In this document: piece after piece, positions 40,192 through 49,800 of the stretch | Layout: the number at the start of each line of letters is the position of its first letter | How positions within the stretch are numbered: position 1 is the stretch's first letter | Source of the DNA: Hungatella effluvii | GTDB taxonomy: Bacteria > Bacillota > Clostridia > Lachnospirales > Lachnospiraceae | Direction: 5' to 3' | NCBI RefSeq assembly: GCF_003201875.1 | Contig: NZ_QJKD01000012.1 | Span: 1 to 64,000 of the forward strand | Length of the DNA stretch: 64,000 nt | Notes under the pieces: generated by a model | What the model was told of the DNA's origin: nothing | Seen by the model: only the letters and a program-made list of their open reading frames with translations | Databases searched by the model: none | Position numbers and translations under genes: made by a program

Positions 40192-41679
40192 ATGGAGGGG
40201 GGGATGTATTTGAAACGGAGAAAAAAGCACCATCATGCCTATTTAAAAGTCTTTCTTCCATTTGCTCTTTTCTCATCTCTCTGCATCCTGATTTTTGCTG
40301 TCGTAATCAGCCTCATTCTAAGTGCCAATATGAAGGAAGCATACTTTGATTCAGAGTTCTACCGTTTTGTGGCCAATGCCGTTTCCATCGCTTTGATTAT
40401 CTTTTCAGTCAGCTTCTTTTTCAGCTGTGTTCTGGCTTATCGGCCCGTAAAAATGATCATGGTTGAAAATGAAGATTTATCGGCAGCTGAAAAGGCGGCC
40501 AAAACAGAATTAATCAAAAAATTTCTATATGAACTCTGTGTATACGGCAAATCAGAATGCGAGCTGTCACACTTACCGTTGAAGGAATATCTGCCTCTGG
40601 ATCTATTATCTCCTTTGGGACTGTGTTTGGTCTTTATTGACCGTTACAGAATTTTCTTTCAGAAAACACCATCTCAACAGCTCGAAATTCTGAGCACTGT
40701 AGAGGCCATTATTACTGATGAGATGCAAGAACTTTACCGGGAGATTACGATCATAAGTCCTGACCGAAAATATCTTATCGTCACCTATAACGCAAAACCT
40801 GAACCCAGTAAAGAGATTCTCCAAAGACTTTTTATATCAGCGCAATCAAAAATCCTTCAGACTACGGGATTTACAGTAACAATTGTCTCTCAACCAGAAT
40901 CTGTAACGATTGAGCATCTGGATATTATTTACAAAGAATGCATGCAGGGTATACACCAACGCCTTTTTACTGGCTGGAACAGTCTGATTCAAATTCAGGC
41001 GGAATCTGACGCCGTGTTATTTTCTCAAACAGAGTTTACTGAAGAACTAAAAAAGCTGAATGACCACTTAATTCACGGAAAGTTAGAGCAGCCAGATGCA
41101 TTTTCCAATCTCCTCAAGCGGTATACTGGAGACTGGCTCGCCTACCAAACTGCACTGCTTTCCGTAAGAAGTCAGCTGGAACAGGATCTTCTGGTTCTGG
41201 AAAACAGTAAAAAAATAGCATACCACGAAACCATGCGTGAGCATCTGATATTTGATAATTGTGAAACTACAGAGGAAATCGATGCGCTGCTTCTTCAGAC
41301 CGTGCAGTTTATTAAAAAGGAGTATGAACATGCAGATCAGCAGAGACAACAGGGCTACATTGATGAGGTAGAACGGCTGATCGAAAAGAATTACCAGAAT
41401 TGTGATTACGGTGTTCTGCAGATTGCCATGGATCTAAATTTATCCAATACCTATATCAGTAAGCTTTATAAAGATTTGACGGGAACCAATATCATAGAAA
41501 GACTGACACAGTACCGGATGAAAGCAGCCGTTTCTCTGCTTCTTGAGACAGACATACCGGTTACTGACATTTACAGCCTTGCCGATTATACCAGTGTAAA
41601 CTACTTTTACAGGGTTTTCAAAAAATATTACGGTGTTACTCCTGGACAATACCGGGATATGAAAGGAGATTCGCAATGA
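40192..41679 (+). CDS. Membrane-anchored AraC-family transcriptional regulator (2 N-terminal TM helices, cytoplasmic domain, C-terminal AraC HTH)
   Basis: C-terminal YFYRVFKKYYGVTPGQYR AraC signature; N-terminal hydrophobic helices. Confidence 0.7.
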   Translation: MEGGMYLKRRKKHHHAYLKVFLPFALFSSLCILIFAVVISLILSANMKEAYFDSEFYRFVANAVSIALIIFSVSFFFSCVLAYRPVKMIMVENEDLSAAEKAAKTELIKKFLYELCVYGKSECELSHLPLKEYLPLDLLSPLGLCLVFIDRYRIFFQKTPSQQLEILSTVEAIITDEMQELYREITIISPDRKYLIVTYNAKPEPSKEILQRLFISAQSKILQTTGFTVTIVSQPESVTIEHLDIIYKECMQGIHQRLFTGWNSLIQIQAESDAVLFSQTEFTEELKKLNDHLIHGKLEQPDAFSNLLKRYTGDWLAYQTALLSVRSQLEQDLLVLENSKKIAYHETMREHLIFDNCETTEEIDALLLQTVQFIKKEYEHADQQRQQGYIDEVERLIEKNYQNCDYGVLQIAMDLNLSNTYISKLYKDLTGTNIIERLTQYRMKAAVSLLLETDIPVTDIYSLADYTSVNYFYRVFKKYYGVTPGQYRDMKGDSQ

Positions 41680-43379
41680 GAAACCATATCTGCCCTAAAC
41701 TTATATTCGCGCTGGTTCTCGTATTTATAGGAATGCTGTTTGCCCATGCAGTGAGTACTTCCTGGTTCCAGATAAAAATTCAGAATTTCCAGTACATAAC
41801 CAAAGACGGAATGAAGATAAACGGAACTATGTACATCCCTAAAGATGCCACCACCACCACTCCCGCACCTGCAGTAATCACATGCTCAGGAGGAAACAAT
41901 GAATATATCATGCATGAGGCAGTCAATACAGAGCTGGCGAGAAATGGATACGTTGTCGTAACATTTAATCCATATAAACATGGAACCTCTGATATTGCCG
42001 CGACAGATACGATGGGGGCGGATTCCATTCTCACATATACGGCGGCACTGAGTTTCGTAGACAGCAGCCGAATCGGCATGGAAGGACATACGCTTGGAGG
42101 TTCCTATCTATGCCAGGCTGCTGCAGTACACCCTGAACTTGTTCGTTCTCTTATCTGCGGCGATTTTATTGATTTGAACGGTTCCGGAGAGCTCATGACA
42201 GGTGACAAAGATTTTCACTGTACCTGGATTTTCGCCAAATATGGAGAATATACGATTAATCCCAGTAAGGATCTGGAATCCCCTATGCTTCAGGCTATTT
42301 TCTCCCTTGAAGGTCCTGTTGAAAATGGCATCACTTACAAAAACCAGCAGAATTCCTACACGAAAACAGCATATCTGGCCAGTACTACCAATTTCGGATA
42401 TCATTTCAGCTTCGAAGTCATAGACCGGATCATGGATACCTTCGGGAGAACTATGGGAACTCCAGCAGCCAGACCGCTTCCTCAGATTTGGCCTGCTGCT
42501 ATGCTTGGTAAGGCAATAAGCTTATTCGGGCTGTTTTATCTTTTGTTTGCAGTATTATCAGCGCTCCTGCACACGAGCCAGATCAATTCCTATTTTCCGG
42601 AATCCGATGCTGCATCGGAAAAAGGCAGTTTTTTTTCAGTATCTTTGCTGTGGTTAAGCCCGCTTCTGGGCGCTGCCGCTTATATCCCCCTCTATGTGCT
42701 CGGGAAAAAGATTCTGGAACCTACCATGCTTTTTCCACAGTCTGATTCCAATGGACTGGCCATTTGGGCCGCCTTTATTTCATGCCTCTGTCTCCTCTTT
42801 ATTCGTTTACTGGATCGGAGAGTTCAGCCGGCGGTAGCCTTATCTGTACTTTTGAACGAACGCTTTGAAGGAATTTTAAAGGCCTTTTTGCAGGCTGCCT
42901 GCGCATTTGCCTGCTGCTATGCCTGCAACTTAACTGTAAAATGGCTGTTTGGAACAAATATAAACCTGTTTTGCACAAATTTTTCGATTTTCAATCCGCG
43001 TAAAGCATTAGCCGCCTGCTCCTATTTTCCTGTATTTATGATTTATTTTTTCTGCACTGGGATGTTCCAGATAAAATATCTGTATTTTAAGGCAGGGCAC
43101 TTAAATCCTTTATTTAACTGCGTTTTCTTCAATACCGCAGGCTTCGCTGCCCTTCTGCTTCTGAATTTTTCAAGCTTTCCCTTAACAGGAAATGCCATGT
43201 TTCACTGGGGGCGCTTTGCATTTGCGCCAATCCTTTATATGCTTCCTGTCCTCCCTGTTTTTGGTATCGTTACTCATTGGTGTTACGTCAGAACAGGGAA
43301 GATTTATCTCAGCACTTTCGTCAATACATTCCTGTTCACATGGCTTTTCATCGCTACCAACGCAATGTATCTCGTATAA
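41676..43379 (+). CDS. Paralogue of 38187-39962: secreted alpha/beta-hydrolase (GHTLGG) fused to a polytopic membrane domain. Start overlaps the AraC stop (ATGA)
   Basis: Same domain order; shared N-terminal motif YIPKDATTTTPAPAVITCSGG versus YIPRTATKEAPAPAVLTNHGG. Confidence 0.5.
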   Translation: MRNHICPKLIFALVLVFIGMLFAHAVSTSWFQIKIQNFQYITKDGMKINGTMYIPKDATTTTPAPAVITCSGGNNEYIMHEAVNTELARNGYVVVTFNPYKHGTSDIAATDTMGADSILTYTAALSFVDSSRIGMEGHTLGGSYLCQAAAVHPELVRSLICGDFIDLNGSGELMTGDKDFHCTWIFAKYGEYTINPSKDLESPMLQAIFSLEGPVENGITYKNQQNSYTKTAYLASTTNFGYHFSFEVIDRIMDTFGRTMGTPAARPLPQIWPAAMLGKAISLFGLFYLLFAVLSALLHTSQINSYFPESDAASEKGSFFSVSLLWLSPLLGAAAYIPLYVLGKKILEPTMLFPQSDSNGLAIWAAFISCLCLLFIRLLDRRVQPAVALSVLLNERFEGILKAFLQAACAFACCYACNLTVKWLFGTNINLFCTNFSIFNPRKALAACSYFPVFMIYFFCTGMFQIKYLYFKAGHLNPLFNCVFFNTAGFAALLLLNFSSFPLTGNAMFHWGRFAFAPILYMLPVLPVFGIVTHWCYVRTGKIYLSTFVNTFLFTWLFIATNAMYLV

Positions 43380-43465
43380 AAAACTGGGTTGACAAACAAC
43401 AGCCCGCTTCTCAGCGCCATATAAGGCGCGAGATGTGGGCTGTCTGTATCTGTCTCTATTAATCC

Positions 43466-45256
43466 TTATTCTTCTGTCTCCGAAACCTCAATCCCCAATT
43501 CCTCCAGCTGCTTTTCATCAACCGGTGCCGGTGCTTCTGTCATCATATCAGAGGCATCCTTCACCTTCGGGAATGCAATGACGTCACGAATGCTGTCCGC
43601 ACCCACCATAAGCATGATCATGCGGTCGAGGCCGTAAGCCAAACCTGCGTGAGGCGGTACCCCGTATTTAAATGCGTCAAGCAGGAATCCGAACTGCTCC
43701 TGTGCCTGTTCCGGGGTGAAGCCCAGTACTTCGAACATCTTGGACTGGATGTCTCCCTGATGGATACGGACAGAGCCGCCGCCCATCTCGGTACCATTTA
43801 ACACGATATCGTAGGCTTTTGCACGCACTGCGCCCGGATCGCTGTCGATTAAATGCCAGTCCTCATCCATCGGCATGGTAAATGGATGGTGCATGGCAAC
43901 GAAACGTCCCTGTTCCTCGGAATACTCAAGGAGTGGGAATTCAGTTACCCATAAGAACTTGAAGTCATCCTTTTTCAGTAAATCCTGCTGCTTTGCCAGC
44001 TCAAGTCTTAAGTTTCCTAATACATCGAATACCACTTTATCTCTGTCGGCCGCGAAGAGGAGCAAGTCTCCCGGCTTTCCTTCCATGGCTTCCACTAATG
44101 CGTGAAGCTCATCCTCTGTCATGAATTTTGCAAAGGAGGACTTGTAAGTTCCATCCTCAGCTATGGCAATGTAAGCCAGTCCCTTTGCACCGAAGCCCTT
44201 TGCAAACTCCACCAGCGCATCGATCTTTTTACGCGGCATGGCTCCTTGTCCATTGGCATTAATACCGCGAACGGAACCGCCTGCCTCCAGAGCATTTTTA
44301 AATACGGCAAATTCTGAGCCGCCAACCACATTAGAAACGTTCTTTAACTCCATCCCGAAACGCATATCAGGCTTATCGGAACCGAAGCGATCCATCGCCT
44401 CACGCCATGTCATTCTCGGAATCGGAAGTTCCAGATCAAAATTACAGATTTCCTTAAATAATCTCTTTAACAGTCTCTCATTTACATCAAGGACGTCTTC
44501 CACATCCACGAAGGACAGCTCCATATCGATCTGTGTAAACTCAGGCTGTCTGTCGGCACGCAAATCTTCATCACGGTAGCATCTGGCCAGCTGGAAATAC
44601 CGGTCGTAGCCGGAGCACATGAGCAGCTGCTTAAATAACTGTGGAGACTGCGGAAGCGCATAGAAGGAACCCGGATGGACACGGCTCGGTACAAGATAGT
44701 CTCGTGCGCCTTCCGGCGTACTCTTGATTAAAGTCGGAGTCTCAATCTCGAAAAAGCCTTCCTCTGCCAGAAATGCTCTCGTGATGATGGCAGCCTGGCT
44801 TCTGACCATGATATTTCTCTGAATATCAGGTCTTCTCAAATCAAGATAACGGTATTTTAAACGAAGTTCTTCCTTTGTCTTGCTGTTCTCCTCAATCGGG
44901 AATGGCGGTGTCTCAGACTCGGAAAGAATGCGGAGACTCTCTGCTCTTACCTCAATGTCGCCTGTAGCAAGATTCTCGTTCACTCCGCCGGCCCGCTTCT
45001 CCACATGTCCTGTCACAGCGATTACGAATTCGCTTCTCAGCTTCTCAGCCTTTGCAAAGCTTTCTGCGCCGCAGTCACTCTCCTCGAAGATAATCTGCAG
45101 AATACCGGAACGGTCTCTTAAATCCACGAAAATAATTCCGCCTTTGTTTCTGCTCTTCTGCACCCAGCCCATAACGGTGACGGTCTCACCGGCATTGCTG
45201 CTCGTTACCTCTGTACATCTATGGGATCTTTTCAGTCCCAGCATTGATTCTGCCAT
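43466..45256 (-). CDS. aspS: Aspartyl-tRNA synthetase
   Basis: Class II aaRS motifs, OB-fold anticodon-binding N-terminus, GAD insertion domain; 596 aa. Confidence 0.95.
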   Translation of the reverse strand: MAESMLGLKRSHRCTEVTSSNAGETVTVMGWVQKSRNKGGIIFVDLRDRSGILQIIFEESDCGAESFAKAEKLRSEFVIAVTGHVEKRAGGVNENLATGDIEVRAESLRILSESETPPFPIEENSKTKEELRLKYRYLDLRRPDIQRNIMVRSQAAIITRAFLAEEGFFEIETPTLIKSTPEGARDYLVPSRVHPGSFYALPQSPQLFKQLLMCSGYDRYFQLARCYRDEDLRADRQPEFTQIDMELSFVDVEDVLDVNERLLKRLFKEICNFDLELPIPRMTWREAMDRFGSDKPDMRFGMELKNVSNVVGGSEFAVFKNALEAGGSVRGINANGQGAMPRKKIDALVEFAKGFGAKGLAYIAIAEDGTYKSSFAKFMTEDELHALVEAMEGKPGDLLLFAADRDKVVFDVLGNLRLELAKQQDLLKKDDFKFLWVTEFPLLEYSEEQGRFVAMHHPFTMPMDEDWHLIDSDPGAVRAKAYDIVLNGTEMGGGSVRIHQGDIQSKMFEVLGFTPEQAQEQFGFLLDAFKYGVPPHAGLAYGLDRMIMLMVGADSIRDVIAFPKVKDASDMMTEAPAPVDEKQLEELGIEVSETEE

Positions 45257-45282
45257 AATGTTCCTCCAACTTAATCGTAATA

Positions 45283-46551
45283 TTATTTCAAAGCTTCCCT
45301 GTAAAATTCCTTAAACTCGGTATAGCCTTCCTTCTGTAAATTCTCCTTCTGAAACTTCTTATTCTTGTTCATCTGAGAAACGAGAACACAGACCCCTTTT
45401 GCCCGCTCGTTCATGGCCTCCTGAATGGCCGCGGTCATCACATCGGCACTGACGCCCTTCTCGATCAGAAATGCCTTCTTCTCCGTACTTCCCGGAATGG
45501 TAAAGCCCTCTTCCATCAGGATCGTAATGATTCTCTCGAAACCGATGGAGAAGCCGCAGGCCGGTGTCTCCATGCCGGTAAATTTGCCGATCATCTTATC
45601 ATAGCGACCGCCGCCGCCAACAGATCCCGGGAACCCATCCACCTGGATCTCATAGATTGTACCGGTGTAGTAGGACATTCCGCGCACCAGGGTCGGATCG
45701 AAGATAATATCGAACTGACTGGTAGCGATACTGTTTACACTGTCCATAATGGCTGCCAGATTTTCTGCCATCTCCGGATCCATTACATCTTTTAATGTCT
45801 CGCCGAGAGAACGGACCCCCGCCGCATCCGGGGTCACCGAACCGAACAGGGCTAAATACTGATCGATCTTCTCTTTCTCATAACCGGCTTCTAAAAGCTC
45901 GGCTGCAACGCCTTCCATGCCGATCTTATCCATCTTATCCAGAATGATAAACACCTGGTCAAAGGATTCCTCCTGAAAACCGCAGTAAGATGCCATTCCC
46001 TTTAAGATGTTTCTGTCATTGATACGGACATGGTAACCCTTAAAACCAACTTTGCCAAGAAGCGTGGTAGTTGCCAGGATCAGTTCGATTTCAGCCAGTC
46101 TGGTTGGATCGCCTAAAATATCAATGTCACACTGAACAAACTGGCGGAATCTGCCTCTCTGAGGCTTGTCCGCCCTCCATACGCTGCCCATCTGCAGTGC
46201 CTTGAACGGCGCTGGAAGCGCTGCCGCATTATTGGAGTAATAACGGCATAACGGTACGGTTAAATCATAGCGAAGACCGCTGTCTGCCAGATCGTTCTCC
46301 GTCTCTGCGGTGTCGAGGTGCAGCTTGTCTCCGCGCTTCATAATCTTGAAGATCAGTTTTTCATTATCGCCGCCCTGCTTGCTGGTCAGGTTTTCAATAT
46401 GTTCCACACACGGGGTCTCGATGGATTTAAATCCAAATCCACCGTATGTCTCACGAATCTGATTCATTACATATTCCCGTACCGCCATCTCTGCGGGCAG
46501 GATATCTTTCATGCCGGTAACCGGTTTCTTTTTCAGTGCCATACGTCTCAC
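45283..46551 (-). CDS. hisS: Histidyl-tRNA synthetase
   Basis: Class II motifs and HisRS-specific blocks; 422 aa; upstream of aspS as in many Firmicutes. Confidence 0.95.
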   Translation of the reverse strand: MRRMALKKKPVTGMKDILPAEMAVREYVMNQIRETYGGFGFKSIETPCVEHIENLTSKQGGDNEKLIFKIMKRGDKLHLDTAETENDLADSGLRYDLTVPLCRYYSNNAAALPAPFKALQMGSVWRADKPQRGRFRQFVQCDIDILGDPTRLAEIELILATTTLLGKVGFKGYHVRINDRNILKGMASYCGFQEESFDQVFIILDKMDKIGMEGVAAELLEAGYEKEKIDQYLALFGSVTPDAAGVRSLGETLKDVMDPEMAENLAAIMDSVNSIATSQFDIIFDPTLVRGMSYYTGTIYEIQVDGFPGSVGGGGRYDKMIGKFTGMETPACGFSIGFERIITILMEEGFTIPGSTEKKAFLIEKGVSADVMTAAIQEAMNERAKGVCVLVSQMNKNKKFQKENLQKEGYTEFKEFYREALK

Positions 46552-46811
46552 TCCGTTATCATTTTATTCATTTCTTCCCTGTATTTCGCCGCTTTCGCGG
46601 GAATAACACGTCTTCTCTCTATTTTACTGGTCTTTTTTAGTTTTGCAAGCGATTTTTGAAATTTTTCTTCTTATATTCATAGATACGCTGCTGCAAACCA
46701 GTATTTTGAACACAGAACTGCCACTTATGCGCCGGATAAGGCATTTTCCCGTTGATTTTTGTGCGGAAGCTGACTGGTTCTTCCATTTTTCTATCTCATA
46801 TACAAAAATAT

Positions 46812-46868
46812 GCCCCTAAGACGATCATTTTATTTGAATCATCATCTTTAGGGGCATATTATTAGGAT
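46812..46868 (-). terminator. Rho-independent terminator of the large surface-protein gene (gcccctaaag...ctttaggggc hairpin plus T-run on the minus strand)
   Basis: Read directly. Confidence 0.6.
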
Positions 46869-49800
46869 TTATGGTAGTTCTGCAGCCGCTCCGTCTCTAT
46901 TTCCAGCTTCCGGTGTTTCTATTTTCTCACCTTTTCCATCTTCCGTATCCGGTGTTTCTATTTTCTCTCCATCGACCTCTCCGGTATCCGGTGTTTCTGC
47001 TTTCTCACCTTCTCCATCTCCGGCTTCCGGCGTCTCTACTTTCTCGCCTTCTCCATCTCCGGCTTCCGGTATTTCCACCTTTTCACCTTCTTCATCTCCG
47101 GCTTCCGGCGTTTCCACCTTCTCTCCTTCGCCCTCTCCGTTATCCTTTCCATTCTCAGGTAGCTGGGCGCCGGTATTTTCTTCCTCTGCCGGATTATCCT
47201 TCGGCACCGTGACTGCTAAATCAGCCGAGTCAACCGCTGCGGACTTTTCTTTCACAGTGATGATAAATTCCTGCACCTCATAGCCATCCGCTTCGAGGGT
47301 CACAGTATTATCTCCTTCGCTGAAACCATCTGCGGACAGATCCAGATACTTCACTACACCATTTTCTCTGGTTGCTTTGAACGAGGTTTCAGAGTCATCA
47401 TATATACCCATGGAAATTCTCGTATATGGCGCGCCGTTAACCGATACTGTTAAAGCTTCATTTTCCAGATATTCCTTTGCCGCTTTTTCGTCTGTTGTAT
47501 CAAAGACGACTCTGTAGTAATCCGCATATAAAAAGGATTTTTCAACGTATTTATAAGACTTCATCTGCGGGGTCTGTTTCTCTGCTGTATTTTCATCTGA
47601 ATCAATCGTGAACTCCAGCGTCTCATAGCCCTCGTTCTCGACTGTCACCTTATTTTCCGCCTCAGTAAAGCAGTCTGAGGTCAGATCCAGATACTTCATC
47701 ACTCCATTTTCCCCGGATACTTTGAATAACTGCTTATCACTGTCGGAGAAACTCATCGAGGTTCTCTGATACGTTTTACCATTGACCGTTACCTTTAAAT
47801 CCCTGCTCTCCAGATATTCTTTCAATGAGTCTTCATCCTCTGCGAGGAAGCTCACCCGATAGTAACCTGAGGATACAAAAATGTCTTTCACAAGTTCAAA
47901 GGTTTCTATCTTCGGTGTCTCTTTTCTGCCTTCGGCGCTATCCTTTGCGTTGATGACAAATTCCAGCTTTTCAAATCCCTTCGCTTCCATAACTACGCGG
48001 TTCTCTTTTTCCGTAAATCCATCCGTCGACAAATCTAAATACTTTTCCACCGCGCTGCTGTCCTTCGACAGTTTATACGATTTGGTCTGATCGTCGTAAA
48101 GCCCCGATAATACCTTTGCATATGGAGTTCCATTGACAGTCACCTTAAGATCTTCACTATTTAAAAATGCTTTCAGCAATGTCTCATCGGTGGCATCAAA
48201 TGTAACCCTGTAGTAGCTGCCCGACAGGAAACCGGCTTCCACGTACTCCTGCGCCTCCACTCCCGGTACCTTTTTGATTTCCTCTTCCTGACCGCCCTGA
48301 TCCGCTTTCTTTTCAATGGTAAATTCCAGCACCTTTGGCGTATATCCTTCTGCCCTGGCTGTTACGGTATATTTTCCGGCTTCTTCAAACAGTCCTTTCT
48401 GAAGGATAAATCCATAGTCGCTGCGGATGTAATTATCATCTCCTCCTATGGTGCCTTCTGTCTCCGAAGTTACCATAGAACTGTTTCCATCCGGTCTCTT
48501 CAGCGTTATCCCCGTCAGATGCTTCATGAAATCACCGCGGATTTCTTTCTGCTCCTCATCGGATTCGCCGCAGGCTGCAATAACAGGAACGTCCTGGCCG
48601 GTATAATAAACAGATGCATCCTCCGACTCTTCTCCTGCCGCCGGATTGGGATTTGCAAGAGATAATTCAAATATTTCCAGGGAACCGTCTACCTTTAATA
48701 CCACGTTTGCCGTCTGGTAGCCCTCTGCCGTCAAACGGAGAGTATGAGTTCCTTTGGTCAGCTGAAGCGTTCCTCCTGCGGTTCCTTTTGTTGTCGCGTA
48801 AATAGTAAGCGTACCTTCCGCCTCATCGTAAGAATACTGACTGATATAATCATCGTTTCGCAGCTGAACCGCATTGTCATCCAGATACAAAGCGGTCACA
48901 GCGGAAAGGTAAGCCGGATCTACACTGCACCTGATTACTATATCATTTCCGAGAGCGCCCTCTAACCCTTCCAGCTGAGGGGCTTTCTTCCCAACGACAT
49001 CGTTAAAACGGAATGTAGAACCGAGAAGGCCATCCTCAAGCACACGTTTGACCTGATATGGACGGTTTTTCGTCAATCCCGCTCCCATTTCCGCATATTC
49101 GCTGAAGGAAAGTGATTTTCCGTCTTCCAGCTTCGCATCCTTCACTGCGTTCAGATAGGAGATAAAATCGTACAACTCCTCTGCTTCTCCATCCATCACG
49201 GAAACCGGTGTCATATCGGCCCAGCGTGAGAGAACCGTCTCGGAAGCCTGATTATCGATCCCAATCTCATTAAGAATCATGGCATTGGCGAGAAGATCCT
49301 GATCGAAGATCAGAAATGCATTGATATTGATGCTTCCAGACGAACCGGAGTCTCCTGAAGAACCGGAACCGCCTCCAAGGGAAGCGCTGGAAATCGCGTC
49401 AATTCCATAGCTTCTCACCGATGCAAGCGTATTAAAGCCTGATCTTGATTCTCCGTCACGTATTTCCACAGACTTTGTCATGGTCTGATAGCCATCTGCG
49501 TAAACCTTTACTTTATAAATTCCGCTTTCTTTTGTGACTTTTTCGTCCTCGGTGTTAGTGCCGCATATATGAAGCATATCACCAATTTCATACCATTCCG
49601 AGATTTCCTTCAGAGTCTTTACTTCTCCGGACGGAGTCGTTAATTCCACCCGGTATATGGGGGAAAGAATCTCTGTGCCGAATGTCTCGCCCTCCGGTCC
49701 TTTGATCACAAACGCAAAGCACTCCCCCGGCTTCGGACTCGTATTTAAAGTATTTAACTGCATGGTAAAAAGTCTGTTATCTACAAGATGCGCCGGTACC

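Noticed and set aside
46552-46868. T-box riboswitch leader upstream of hisS-aspS
   Set aside because: Expected from operon type, but the conserved T-box sequence (AATTAGGGTGGNACCGCG; reverse complement CGCGGTNCCACCCTAATT on the plus strand) is not present. Only generic hairpins and the upstream gene's terminator are visible.
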